A DNA stretch of 64,000 nt from Azospirillum sp. RU38E (GTDB lineage: Bacteria > Pseudomonadota > Alphaproteobacteria > Azospirillales > Azospirillaceae): NCBI GenBank assembly GCA_943370215.1, contig CALRQC020000027.1, positions 2,171-66,170 of the forward strand. The letters run 5' to 3'. Below are positions 1-9,062 of the stretch, piece after piece (the stretch's first letter is position 1; each line of letters opens with the position of its first letter). The notes below the pieces were generated by a model. The model did not search any database. It had not been told where the DNA came from and worked only from the letters and a program-made list of their open reading frames with translations. The translations under genes and the position numbers were made by a program.

Positions 1-585
1 GTCATCATCATCGACCGGCTGGAAGATGCTGTGCCGCTGGCCAAGGCGCTGGTGGCCGGCGGGTTGCCGGTGCTGGAAGTCACCCTGCGTTCCCCCGTCG
101 CGCTGGATGCGCTGGCGGCCATGGCGGAAGTGCCGGGTGCGGTGGTCGGTGCCGGCACGGTGGTGCAGCCCTCGCAGGTGGATGCCGTGGCCAAGGCCGG
201 CGCCAAGTTCATCGTCAGCCCCGGCACCTATCCGGAGCTGGTGACGGCGGTGCAGGATAGCGGCATCCCCTATCTGCCCGGCGTCGCCACCCCGTCGGAA
301 ATGATGGCCCTGCTGGCCCGTGGCATCCGCCATCAGAAGCTTTTCCCGGCCACGGTGGTGGGCGGGATCGACATGCTGAAGGCGATTGGTTCGCCCCTGT
401 CGCAGATCCGTTTCTGCCCGACGGGCGGGGTGAATGCCACCAATGCCAAGGATTTCCTGGCCCTGCCGAACGTGATGTGCGTCGGCGGTTCCTGGGTCAC
501 GCCCGCCAAGCTGGTCGCCGCCGGCGATTGGGCAGGGATCGAGGCCCTGGCGCGCGAGGCGGCTTCGCTGAAGCGCCCGGCCTGA
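1..585 (+). CDS. eda: 2-dehydro-3-deoxyphosphogluconate (KDPG) / 4-hydroxy-2-oxoglutarate aldolase, 5' partial
   Basis: Frame is open from base 1, so the true start lies upstream of the window. The translation VIIIDRLEDAVPLAKALVAGGLPVLEVTLRS...HQKLFPA...FCPTGGV...CVGGSW carries Eda-family hallmarks. Confidence 0.9.
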   Translation, partial: VIIIDRLEDAVPLAKALVAGGLPVLEVTLRSPVALDALAAMAEVPGAVVGAGTVVQPSQVDAVAKAGAKFIVSPGTYPELVTAVQDSGIPYLPGVATPSEMMALLARGIRHQKLFPATVVGGIDMLKAIGSPLSQIRFCPTGGVNATNAKDFLALPNVMCVGGSWVTPAKLVAAGDWAGIEALAREAASLKRPA

Positions 586-653
586 TCTGCTTTACCCGTT
601 TTCAGTCCTCACGATCGCCGTTTCTCCGGTCATTTCGCGGCGATCGACCTTGT

Positions 654-692
654 GGGCGGTCCAGGGGCAACCCTGGCCGCCCATCTTTTTTT
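654..692 (+). terminator. Intrinsic terminator after eda
   Basis: Stem GGGCGG(T)CCAGGG, loop GCAA, stem CCCTGGCCGCCC, followed by a T7 tract at 686-692. Confidence 0.6.
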
Positions 693-791
693 CAGGACTG
701 ATCCTTCCAGATAGATTTTGTTGCCTTGTCACAGCCATTCCGAAGCGCCACATTCGTTGCGAGTGATTTGCGATTGGAAGCAGGCGGCAGA

Positions 792-1232
792 ATGACCGAG
801 CCCCCCCAACGTCCCCGCTGGCGGCTGTTCTATCTGGCTTTGGCCTATATCTGCGTCGGGCTGGGTATGGCCGGGGCTGTGCTGCCCTTGCTGCCCACCA
901 CGCCCTTTCTGCTGGTTGCTCTTTGGGCCTATTTCCGTTCCCACCCGGAGAAGGCGCAGAAGCTTCTGGAACATCCACGTTTCGGCCCGGCGCTGCGCGA
1001 CTGGCGGGAGCAGGGGGCTATTCCCACCCGCGCCAAGATCGCCGCTGTTGCCGTGATGGCGCTTTCCTGGCTGATCGTCTATCTGACCGCCCCCCACCCG
1101 GCTGCCCCCATCGTGGTTGGATTGATCCTGTGCTGTACGGGCACCTTTGTGGCCACGCGCCCGTCACCCAAACCGCGTGAAGGGCGGGTAGGGGGTCGGG
1201 ATCAGCCAGCATCAGAGGGGCCGCTGGCCTGA
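792..1232 (+). CDS. DUF454 / YbaN-family inner membrane protein
   Basis: GAVLPLLPTTPFLLVALWAYFRSHP...FGPALRDWREQGAIP closely parallels E. coli YbaN. The ORF opens at 726, but ATG 792 precedes the first TM segment. Confidence 0.8.
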   Translation: MTEPPQRPRWRLFYLALAYICVGLGMAGAVLPLLPTTPFLLVALWAYFRSHPEKAQKLLEHPRFGPALRDWREQGAIPTRAKIAAVAVMALSWLIVYLTAPHPAAPIVVGLILCCTGTFVATRPSPKPREGRVGGRDQPASEGPLA

Positions 1233-1369
1233 TGCCGGTCCGCTCATCCGCGATCTCCGCGACCCATCCGCGCATCGGGTTAGGGGTGGTTTTTTGTTGC
1301 CCCCTATGGCGGGGGTGACATGCTATTATCACTTTCGTCTGAAGTGGCGCCGCCGCGCCGCCGGCCCTG

Positions 1370-2584
1370 ATGGCCATTGTTTTGGAGCCTGGTTCACACG
1401 TGACTGCCCCCAGCGATCTCGACCGCGGCGATACCGCGGCCCAGTCGGACGATATTGTCTACCCCGCCATGATCCCCTTTCTGCTGGTCCATCTCGCCTG
1501 TCTGGGCGCGATCTGGACGGGCGTGCATTGGCAGGATGTGGTGCTGGCCCTGGTGCTTTACGGTGCCCGCATGTTCGGCATCACCGGCGGCTATCACCGC
1601 TATTTCTCCCACCGCGCCTACAAGACCAGCCGGGTCATGCAGTTCCTGCTGGCCTTCCTGGCGCAAGCCTCCGCCCAGCGCGGGGCGCTCTGGTGGGCGG
1701 CCAAGCATCGGCATCATCACAAATATTCCGATACGCCGATGGATGTGCATTCGCCCAAGCATAAGGGCTTTTTCTATGCGCATCTGGGCTGGATCTTCAC
1801 GCCCAAGCATGACACGGCCGATTACCGCACCATCGGCGACCTGACCAAATATCCGGAACTGGTCTGGCTGGATCGGCATTATTATGTGCCGGCCATCGTG
1901 ATGGGCTTTGCCACCTGGGCCTTGTTCGGCTGGTCGGGCCTGATCGTCGGCTTCTTCTGGAGCACGGTGGCGCTGTATCACGCCACTTTCTGCATCAACT
2001 CCCTGGCCCATGTGGTCGGCCGCCGCCGCTACCTGACTGGCGATGACAGCCGTAATAACTGGGCGCTGGCCATCGCCACCATGGGGGAGGGCTGGCACAA
2101 TAACCACCATGCCTATCAGTCGGCCGCCCGCCAGGGCTTCCGCTGGTGGGAGGTGGATACCTCCTACTATATCATCAAGATCATGCAGGGCCTGCGCCTG
2201 GTCTGGGATGTGCACGAGCCGCCGGCGTCGGTGGTGCGCAACGAACAGCGTCTGGGCACCAAGGTGATCGAAACGGCGGCTGCCCAACTGGCCGCCAGCT
2301 TCCAGATCGAGAAGCTGACCGCCCAGGTGCGCGACGCCCTGGCCCATACCCCCACCCTGGCGGAAATTGAAGAAAAGATGCGCCAGGCGTCGGAGAATGC
2401 GAAGACCCGGGTGGAGGCATTGGTCGCCAACATTCATCTGCCGCACATCCCGACGACGGAGGAAATGCGCCAGCGTGCTTCCAATATGTTCGTCCGTACC
2501 CCCAGCATGGATGAGATTGTGGAACGCGCCCGTCAGATTCTGATCGCCAATGTCTGCACGCGGTTAACGGCCAGCCCGGCCTGA
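1370..2584 (+). CDS. Acyl-CoA (delta-9 type) fatty acid desaturase
   Basis: Three histidine boxes are present: HRYFSH, HRHHHKYSD and HNNHHAY. There are membrane-spanning N-terminal segments. The roughly 100 aa helical C-terminal extension is as seen in roughly 390-400 aa proteobacterial DesA-type enzymes. Confidence 0.9.
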   Translation: MAIVLEPGSHVTAPSDLDRGDTAAQSDDIVYPAMIPFLLVHLACLGAIWTGVHWQDVVLALVLYGARMFGITGGYHRYFSHRAYKTSRVMQFLLAFLAQASAQRGALWWAAKHRHHHKYSDTPMDVHSPKHKGFFYAHLGWIFTPKHDTADYRTIGDLTKYPELVWLDRHYYVPAIVMGFATWALFGWSGLIVGFFWSTVALYHATFCINSLAHVVGRRRYLTGDDSRNNWALAIATMGEGWHNNHHAYQSAARQGFRWWEVDTSYYIIKIMQGLRLVWDVHEPPASVVRNEQRLGTKVIETAAAQLAASFQIEKLTAQVRDALAHTPTLAEIEEKMRQASENAKTRVEALVANIHLPHIPTTEEMRQRASNMFVRTPSMDEIVERARQILIANVCTRLTASPA

Positions 2585-2614
2585 CCGGCAGCCGCGTTAC
2601 CGTCTCTGATATCG

Positions 2615-2641
2615 GAAGCCCCGGCCCCTTGCCGGGGCTTC
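2615..2641 (+). terminator. Hairpin downstream of the desaturase gene (weak terminator candidate)
   Basis: GAAGCCCCGGC-CCCTT-GCCGGGGCTTC is a perfect 11-bp stem. Only a poor T tract (TCCGTT) follows. Confidence 0.35.
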
Positions 2642-2745
2642 TCCGTTACGACTACCCCTCTCCCTTTGCTTTTACGCTTTCCCTTCCTTGCGCCGAGCGG
2701 TAGCTTGTGCGCCATTGGGGCGACCGTGCTTACTGTGGAAACGTG

Positions 2746-3096
2746 ATGATGACCCGCTTTACCCGTCTTGTGATTCTGTCTGCCGCGTTGGTCGCCGTTC
2801 CCTCGGCCGCTTTTGCGCAGTCCGCCGCTGAGTCCACCCCTACCTCCCAGGCGTCGCCGGACATGCAGGTCGCCCAGGCGGGGAAGAAGGAACATAAGGC
2901 TTCCGGCAGCGCTGCCGGCAACCGCGCCTCCGTTTTCTCGGCCGGCCGGCTTTATCCCGCCCTTGGTGTGGCTGGCGTGGCCGCTGTTGGTGTTCTTGCC
3001 GCTACGCTGGGCGGTGGCGATGACGAGGCCGGCGCACCGGTCAACACCTCAACATCGACCTCGACCTCAACTTCCACAGCGACCAGCACGCGCTAA
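2746..3096 (+). CDS. Secreted hypothetical protein with (Thr-Ser)n tail
   Basis: Signal peptide MMTRFTRLVILSAALVAVPSAAFA/QSA, an Ala/Gly-rich hydrophobic stretch, and the C-terminus NTSTSTSTSTSTATSTR. No family recognised. Confidence 0.5.
   Translation: MMTRFTRLVILSAALVAVPSAAFAQSAAESTPTSQASPDMQVAQAGKKEHKASGSAAGNRASVFSAGRLYPALGVAGVAAVGVLAATLGGGDDEAGAPVNTSTSTSTSTSTATSTR
3046..3090 (+). repeat. Coding (ACN-TCN)n microsatellite-like tract encoding (TS)n
   Basis: acc tca aca tcg acc tcg acc tca act tcc aca ... is read directly from the sequence. Confidence 0.6.
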
Positions 3097-3104
3097 AACA
3101 GGAT

Positions 3105-3563
3105 TTATGATCCCTGCCTCCCTCGGGGGGCAGGGATTTGATTTCCGACGTCGGGAATATCAAACCCGCTTCTGGTACTGCTTGACGTGCACGGGTGCAC
3201 CTCGGCCTGTCGCCAATCGACCGGGAGCCTGAAATGTTCGATCAGCGCCTTTTCACCAAGGCTTGTGATCAGCAGGGCACGTCCCGCTTGGGCCTTGGTC
3301 AGCCACTGCATCTCCAGCAGCCGGCTTAACAGGATGGCACCCAATCGCCCGGCCAGATACGGGCCTCGTTCGCTCCAATCCAGGCAGGTTCGGCATAATG
3401 GGCGCTTGCCCGGCATCGTCGTCTGCCCAATTCCTAAAGCATCGAACAGATATCGGCCCGAGCGGGTGATCTGACCCGCCCCATCATCCAGGATGATATG
3501 GCCATCGGCTTGAAGCTGGTCGGTGATGGCGACGGCGAGCCGACCCGCCATATGGTCGCCCAT
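3105..3563 (-). pseudogene. C-terminal domain remnant of an ArsR-type winged-helix regulator (HTH part missing)
   Basis: MAGRLAVAI...RPLCRTCLDWSERGPYLAGRLGAILLSRLLEMQWL matches the C-terminal half of the two-domain ArsR-like family, which has CLDWSER.PHLAG.LG. The expected roughly 90 aa N-terminal HTH is absent. The ORF extension to 3656 overlaps an opposite-strand transporter fragment. Confidence 0.45.
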
Positions 3564-3690
3564 CGGGGCGGCGATCGGCGTGCTGCTGCTGGGCGAAACC
3601 CTGGCTTCCACCGCCTGGGCGGGATTGGCCTGTGTGCTGGCAGGGGTTATTGCCATGACGCTGCCGGCACGTCGCGGCGCGGCGGCTTGA
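3526..3690 (+). pseudogene. C-terminal remnant (last TM helices) of an EamA/DMT-family transporter
   Basis: A short frame ends in ...SPIGAAIGVLLLGETLASTAWAGLACVLAGVIAMTLPARRGAAA*. This is the typical last EamA repeat end (LLLGE.L...W.G..LVLAGV). About 250 upstream codons are missing. Confidence 0.45.
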
Positions 3691-3731
3691 AGGCGGGCGA
3701 GCGGGCAGAAAGGGAACTTTCCGCCACAGCA

Positions 3732-4253
3732 TCATACCTTGATGTTGACGCCCTTCGTCGCCTCCTCCCGTGTCGCCATGTTTCCATCGAGGGTGGTGAA
3801 ATATTTTGCCGATTTTGCCAGTTGATCGGGGTGCAGGCCCATGGCGGTAAGTTCTGCCCACATGGCGGCAGGATTTGCCTGCTGTCGGTATTTATCGGTA
3901 ATATTATCAATCGTCTTTTGCTGGTCGGCGCTGACGAAGGGCATGTAGCCGCGTTCGTTGGCCGGCAGCGCCATCTGGAAAGCCAAGGGTGGATCGCCCT
4001 CCTGGCCGTAAGGACGGCCATGCGTCTGCTCAAACTCTTGTTGTCGCTTGCGGATTTCATTGTTTCGTTGCGCGTCATAGGCTGCCCGGTCCTTCTTCAG
4101 GGACGCCATTTCCTCCCGCTGCTGGTTGGCCGGATCAGCCGCTGCAGTTTCTTTGCCGGTGGTCGGCGTCGGGGTGCTGCTGTTGCTGACAGGGGACTTT
4201 ACCTGCAACCGCGAAAGGATTGCTGAGGGCGAGAACATAGAGTTGATGTTCAT
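3732..4253 (-). CDS. Hypothetical protein (orphan, no recognised domain)
   Basis: 173-codon ORF with balanced, K/E/Q-rich composition unlike antisense junk. Local GC is lower than in the neighbours. No signal peptide or TM segment. Confidence 0.55.
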   Translation of the reverse strand: MNINSMFSPSAILSRLQVKSPVSNSSTPTPTTGKETAAADPANQQREEMASLKKDRAAYDAQRNNEIRKRQQEFEQTHGRPYGQEGDPPLAFQMALPANERGYMPFVSADQQKTIDNITDKYRQQANPAAMWAELTAMGLHPDQLAKSAKYFTTLDGNMATREEATKGVNIKV

Positions 4254-4517
4254 GGAGCACGTTCTCCCGCCTGAGATATTTTATGTCGGAAGACAAGCAA
4301 CTTCTGTACCGTCGAAATTCGAACCAACGGCGAGCCGGCAGCAACAGGTCTGCCGGTCCTTCATCGACTGCTTTTGTCTTTGGGCCGCAGAATTGTTGAC
4401 GCCGTGGCCCCCGCTGCTACCATCCGGCGGAATTTCGTCGGGCTGTGCGGCAGGTTGCCGCCTTTCCGCCGTGTTTAAGGCATAGAAGGCCGGTCATGCA
4501 GGCCGGTTGGGAGTGGG

Positions 4518-5066
4518 TTGATGGCGGTTGATGGGGCGGCGGCGGTTCTGCCACGGGCGCGGATGATGCGGGTGATCGGGATGGTGGCCTTGGTTGCCTT
4601 CATCCTGGATCAGGTGTCCAAGCAATGGGTGCTGTCCAGTGTGCTACCGTGCCTGTCGGGCCCGACAGGGCCTGCATGTGCTGTCAATTCGCAGTTTATC
4701 GAGCTGACCTCTTTCTTCAACCTCGTCATGGTATGGAATTTCGGCGTCAGCTTCGGCCTGTTTGCCAGCGGGGCGGACCTGATGCCCTATGTGCTGATCG
4801 CCGTGTCCCTGCTGATCAGCGGTTTGCTGATTGCCTGGGTCTGGCGGGGGGCCACCCGGCTGGCCGCCCTGGCGGTTGGCATGGTGGTTGGTGGTGCCAT
4901 GGGGAACGTGATCGACCGGCTGCGTTTCGGGGCGGTTGCCGATTTCCTTGACTTTCACGTCGCGGGCTGGCACTGGCCCGCATTCAATGTTGCGGATGCC
5001 TGCATCGTTGTCGGCGTGGGTCTGCTGTTGCTCGACGGCCTGTTGTCGCCGTCGCAGTCGCGTTAA
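4518..5066 (+). CDS. lspA: Lipoprotein signal peptidase (signal peptidase II)
   Basis: NLVMVWNFGVSFGLF...GNVIDRLRFGAVADFLDFH...WPAFNVADACI are LspA signature blocks. The start is uncertain: TTG 4518, ATG 4521 or ATG 4563. Confidence 0.9.
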   Translation: MMAVDGAAAVLPRARMMRVIGMVALVAFILDQVSKQWVLSSVLPCLSGPTGPACAVNSQFIELTSFFNLVMVWNFGVSFGLFASGADLMPYVLIAVSLLISGLLIAWVWRGATRLAALAVGMVVGGAMGNVIDRLRFGAVADFLDFHVAGWHWPAFNVADACIVVGVGLLLLDGLLSPSQSR

Positions 5067-5105
5067 TCTACGTTACTTGCGCTTTGAAAAGGTACGGATC
5101 GGACC

Positions 5106-5612
5106 ATGGGTGTGTACAAGCAGATGCGTAACGCCGTCCCGGCCCTGGCGCTGATCGCCGTTGCAGGGTCGCTCTCCGGTTGCGGCCTCCTCGGCAATCG
5201 CGGTGCGCCGGATGAGTTCCAGGTGGTGTCGCGGGCCCCGCTGGAGGTGCCGCCCGATTTCAACCTGCGTCCGCCGCAGCCGGGCAGCCCGCGCCCGCAG
5301 GAACTGGAGCGTGATACCCGCGCCCAGTCTTCCATGTTCGGCGCCAGCAGCGCCGGCACGGGTGCCTTGGTCGATCCGCGCACCAATCCGGCGCAGAGCA
5401 AGGGCGAAGGCGCCCTGCTGACGCTGGCCGGTGCCGATCAGGCCAACCGCGATATCCGCGCCATTGTCGACCGGGAGAATCCGGGCGTCGTGGTGGCAGA
5501 TAAGAGCCTGATTGACCGGCTGCTGTTCTGGAAGGATGGCGCCCCGAATCCGGAGATCGTGCAGCCCGGCAAGGAGCCGACGATCACCCGCAAGGAAAGC
5601 ACGGCAAAGTAA
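5106..5612 (+). CDS. DUF3035-family lipoprotein
   Basis: Lipobox LSGC, then APDEFQVVSRAPLEVPPDFNLRPPQPGSPRPQE. This is the conserved DUF3035 motif usually found next to lspA in alphaproteobacteria. Confidence 0.8.
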   Translation: MGVYKQMRNAVPALALIAVAGSLSGCGLLGNRGAPDEFQVVSRAPLEVPPDFNLRPPQPGSPRPQELERDTRAQSSMFGASSAGTGALVDPRTNPAQSKGEGALLTLAGADQANRDIRAIVDRENPGVVVADKSLIDRLLFWKDGAPNPEIVQPGKEPTITRKESTAK

Positions 5613-5654
5613 GGTCCGCTGCGGCCCTGCGCTTAAGGGCGTCTGTAAAAGTGA

Positions 5655-5684
5655 AAAGCCGCCGGCCCGCCCGGCGGCTTTTTG
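5655..5684 (+). terminator. Intrinsic terminator after the DUF3035 gene
   Basis: AAAAGCCGCCGG-CCCGC-CCGGCGGC followed by TTTTT. Confidence 0.6.
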
Positions 5685-5795
5685 CTTGTGTGAACGGGAT
5701 TTAATGCGCGTTAAGCGTGGAATCGCTTGGCGGGTCGCTTTGCCGGCGGCACACTGCTGCCATTCGTGGCCGGGGCATTTACCCGGTCATGACCG

Positions 5796-7313
5796 TTGCT
5801 GGGAGGTTGCAGTATAGTGAGAACCCATCCCGTCACCCCGGCCCGGCGCGGGGCCGGGCGGCGCTTGCGGGCGCTGGCCACCGGTGCAGCGCTCTGCCTG
5901 CTGTCGGCCGGTATCGCCGCCCCTGCCATCGCCCGCGTCTTTGACCCGGAAACCTTCACCCTGTCCAATGGGATGCAGGTGGTTGTCATCAACAACCCGC
6001 GCGCGCCCGTGGTCAACCATATGGTGTGGTACAAGGTCGGGTCGGCCGATGAACATGCCGGCAAATCCGGCATTGCGCATTATCTTGAACATCTGATGTT
6101 CAAGGGCACGTCCAAGCTGAAGCCGGGGGAATTCTCCCGCACGGTGGCCCGCAATGGCGGGCGGGACAATGCCTTCACCTCCACCGACTATACGGCCTAT
6201 TTCGAGAATATCGCGCGGGACCGGCTGGAGCTGGTGATGTCGATGGAGGCCGATCGCATGACCGGCCTGAAACTGACCGACGCCATCACCCTGCCGGAAC
6301 GCGACGTCATCAAGGAGGAACGGCGCCAGCGGACGGATAACAACCCGTCGGCCCGCCTGTATGAACAGTTGGCACCGCTGCTGTTCGTGCATCACCCCTA
6401 TGGCACGCCGATCATCGGCTGGATGCATGAGATCCAGGGGCTGACCACCAAGGACGCGCTGGATTTCTACAAGATCCATTACGCGCCCAACAATGCCATC
6501 CTGGTGGTGGCCGGCGATATCACCGCCGCGCAGTTGAAGCCGCTGGCCGAAAAGACCTATGGCAAGCTGAAGCCGGTGAAGGATATCCCCCCGCGCGTGC
6601 GGGTGACGGAGCCGCCGACGGAAGGGGCACGCCGCATCAGCCTGACCGACGCCCAGGTACGCCAGCCAAGCTGGATGCGACTGTGGAAGGCCCCCAGCTA
6701 TAATGAGGGCGGCAAGCAGCACGCCTATGCCCTGCAGGTGCTGGAAACCATCATGAGCGGTGGGGCCACCAGCCGGCTTTACAAGTCGCTGGTGGTGGAT
6801 CAGCGCGTCGCCACCAGTGCCTCCATGTGGTACGAGCCGACGGCGCTGAACCTGGGCAGCATGGGGCTTTCCGCATCGCCGGTTGCCGGCGGCAAGGTGG
6901 AGGTGGTGGAACAGGCGCTGGAATCCGAAGTTGCCAAGCTGCTGAAGGATGGCGTCACCGCGCAGGAGGTGGAGAATGCCAAAACCCGCCTGAAGCGCGA
7001 TGCCATCTTCGCGCGCGACAGCTTGCAGGGCCCCGCCTATGCCTTCGGCCAGGCCATGACCACCGGCCAGACGGTGGCCGATGTGGAGGCCTGGCCTGAG
7101 CGGATTGCCGCCGTGACGGTGGAGCAGGTGAACGAGGCCGCCCGCGCCGTGCTGGCGCAGGATAATCACGTCACCGGCATCCTGCTGCCTGACCCCAATG
7201 CACCCCCCATGCCCGGCGGTGCCGCCCCGGCGCTGGGCAAGCCCAATATGAGCACCGGGTACAGCCCGGACAGCCTGATCGGCGACATGCTGGGTCGGGA
7301 GGTCACGCCATGA
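5796..7313 (+). CDS. M16-family zinc peptidase (active subunit, HxxEH)
   Basis: HYLEHLMFKG inverted zinc motif, a signal-like N-terminus, and the length and architecture of pitrilysin-type peptidases. The start is uncertain: 5796 or GTG at about 5818. Confidence 0.9.
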   Translation: MLGGCSIVRTHPVTPARRGAGRRLRALATGAALCLLSAGIAAPAIARVFDPETFTLSNGMQVVVINNPRAPVVNHMVWYKVGSADEHAGKSGIAHYLEHLMFKGTSKLKPGEFSRTVARNGGRDNAFTSTDYTAYFENIARDRLELVMSMEADRMTGLKLTDAITLPERDVIKEERRQRTDNNPSARLYEQLAPLLFVHHPYGTPIIGWMHEIQGLTTKDALDFYKIHYAPNNAILVVAGDITAAQLKPLAEKTYGKLKPVKDIPPRVRVTEPPTEGARRISLTDAQVRQPSWMRLWKAPSYNEGGKQHAYALQVLETIMSGGATSRLYKSLVVDQRVATSASMWYEPTALNLGSMGLSASPVAGGKVEVVEQALESEVAKLLKDGVTAQEVENAKTRLKRDAIFARDSLQGPAYAFGQAMTTGQTVADVEAWPERIAAVTVEQVNEAARAVLAQDNHVTGILLPDPNAPPMPGGAAPALGKPNMSTGYSPDSLIGDMLGREVTP

Positions 7314-8680
7314 GGATCACCATGCTGTTCCGTCGCACAGCCCTGGCGTTGGCCAGTGCCTGCGCCCTGTTTGTCGGCTTGGCGCTGCCGGCTGCCGCCA
7401 TCGATATCGAAAAGGTGGTCAGCCCGTCGGGCGTGGAAGCCTGGCTGGTGCGTGACACCAAGAACCCGATCATCGCCATCCAGTTTTCTTTCGAGGGTGG
7501 CACGGAACTGGACCCGGCCAACAAGCTGGGGCTGGCCATGCTGACCGCCAGCACCCTGGATGAAGGGGCGGGCGATCTGGATTCCCAGGCCTTTCAGGGC
7601 AAGCTGGAAGATAACTCCATCTCGCTGGGTTTCGCTGCCGGCCGGGATGAGTTCGGTGGTTCCCTCACCACCCTGCGGGAGACGAAGGAGACCGCCTTCG
7701 ATCTGCTTCGCCTGGCGCTGACCAAACCGCGCTTTGATAGCGATGCGGTGGAGCGGGTGCGCGGCCAGATGATTGCGGGCTTGCGCCGGTCCCAGGCCGA
7801 CCCCGGCTATTGGGCGCAACTGGCCCTGTCGGAGAGCCTTTTCCCCAACCATCCCTATGGCCGGCCCCAGCGCGGCACGCTGGAAACGCTGCCGGCGATC
7901 ACCCGTGACGATCTGGTGGCCCTGACGCGTACCCGGCTGGTGCGTGACGGGCTGAAAGTGGCAGTATCCGGCGATATCACCGCTGCCGAACTGGCCCCGG
8001 TGCTGGACCAGATTTTCGGCACGCTGCCAGCCAAGGGTGAGCGCGCCCCGGTGGCGGATATCAGCCCGGCCAATGCGGGTCGCACCATCGCCGTGCCCCG
8101 CCCGATTCCCCAGACCATCATGGTGATGGCCCAGGAAGGTTTGCGCCGCAATGACCCGGACTGGTACGCGGCCACGGTGCTGAACTATGCGCTGGGTGGT
8201 GGCGGCTTCTCCTCCCGCCTGATGGACGAGGTGCGGGAAAAGCGCGGCCTGACCTATGGCGTGGGTTCCGGCCTGGCGCCCTATGACCATGCAGCATTGA
8301 TCAGCGTCAGCGGCTCCACCATGAATGAGAAGGCGGGCCAAGCCATCGACCTGATCAAACAGATTTGGGGCGAGGTGGGGAAGAACGGCATTACCGAGGC
8401 CGAACTGAATGACGCCAAGACCTATCTGACCGGCAGCTTCCCGCTGCAATTCACCAATAACGGGGCCATTGCCGGCCTGTTGCTGTCGGTGCAGCAGGAA
8501 GGTTTGGGCATCGACTATCTGAACAAGCGCAATGACTTGATCAACGCCGTGACGCTGGCAGACGTGAAGCGTGTTGCCGCCCGCCTGCTGGACCCGGCCA
8601 AGCTGACCACCGTGGTGGTGGGCCAGCCCGCCGGCGTGAAGCCCGATCAGCAGCTTTACGCCACCCCGGTGAAAGGGTGA
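7310..8680 (+). CDS. M16-family peptidase, non-catalytic partner (no HxxEH)
   Basis: ATGA overlap with the upstream M16 gene. Signal peptide and M16 fold blocks (PYGRP, LMDEVREKRGLTYGV), but no HxxEH motif. Confidence 0.9.
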   Translation: MRITMLFRRTALALASACALFVGLALPAAAIDIEKVVSPSGVEAWLVRDTKNPIIAIQFSFEGGTELDPANKLGLAMLTASTLDEGAGDLDSQAFQGKLEDNSISLGFAAGRDEFGGSLTTLRETKETAFDLLRLALTKPRFDSDAVERVRGQMIAGLRRSQADPGYWAQLALSESLFPNHPYGRPQRGTLETLPAITRDDLVALTRTRLVRDGLKVAVSGDITAAELAPVLDQIFGTLPAKGERAPVADISPANAGRTIAVPRPIPQTIMVMAQEGLRRNDPDWYAATVLNYALGGGGFSSRLMDEVREKRGLTYGVGSGLAPYDHAALISVSGSTMNEKAGQAIDLIKQIWGEVGKNGITEAELNDAKTYLTGSFPLQFTNNGAIAGLLLSVQQEGLGIDYLNKRNDLINAVTLADVKRVAARLLDPAKLTTVVVGQPAGVKPDQQLYATPVKG

Positions 8681-8687
8681 GGTCGGT

Positions 8688-8713
8688 GCGGCCCCGGTGA
8701 ATGCCGGGGCCGC
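8688..8713 (+). terminator. Hairpin after the M16 pair (terminator candidate)
   Basis: GCGGCCCCGG-TGAATG-CCGGGGCCGC is a perfect 10-bp stem. The T tract is weak. Confidence 0.4.
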
Positions 8714-8784
8714 GACTTCTATTGTTCGCCATCTTTCCGCCCGAGCACTCCTTGATATAGCATCAAGGTATCGGGGGGATTTCC

Positions 8785-9035
8785 ATGCTGCATCCATCCA
8801 GTGCCAGGGCATGGCCCTTTCTGGCGCGTTTCATTGACCGCGAAGCCCGCTTCGCCCAAGCCGCGGCCGCGCGGGGCAGTTTGGCCCTGGCAGGGTATGA
8901 GTTTCTGCGTTTCGGGGTGAAGTCGGCTCCTGGTTCTTGCTGATGATGCTGTCCTATGTGCTGGTCACGCTGGTGCGACGTCCGGTTTCATTTCAATTGC
9001 CCTATGGCGATCGGGTGCGGTTACATACCGGCTGA
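8785..9035 (+). pseudogene. DUF817-family membrane protein remnant (N-terminal about 80 codons, frameshifted)
   Basis: MLHPSSARAWPFLARFIDREARFAQAAAARGSLALAGYEFLRFGVK resembles the DUF817 N-terminus (...YEF.LFG.KQAWACLFGG.ML). The frame then breaks (TGA 8941) and continues as WFLLMMLSYVLVT in another frame until 9035. The remaining roughly 190 codons are absent. Confidence 0.4.
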
Positions 9036-9062
9036 TGCAAACCAGCCGGAAAGGCGGATCAG

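Noticed and set aside
4309-4330. GGTTCGAAT T-loop-like string (minus strand) suggesting a tRNA or tRNA-fragment att site near the orphan ORF
   Set aside because: The flanking bases do not form a T-stem or acceptor stem. It is just a CCGT...ACGG hairpin containing a TTCGAA palindrome.
5787-8812. Long minus-strand ORFs (460 aa and 548 aa) covering the M16 peptidase genes
   Set aside because: These are antisense shadows. They are extremely G/R/H/Q/L-rich with almost no K/E/N/Y patterning, while the plus strand carries clear M16 signatures (HYLEH etc.).
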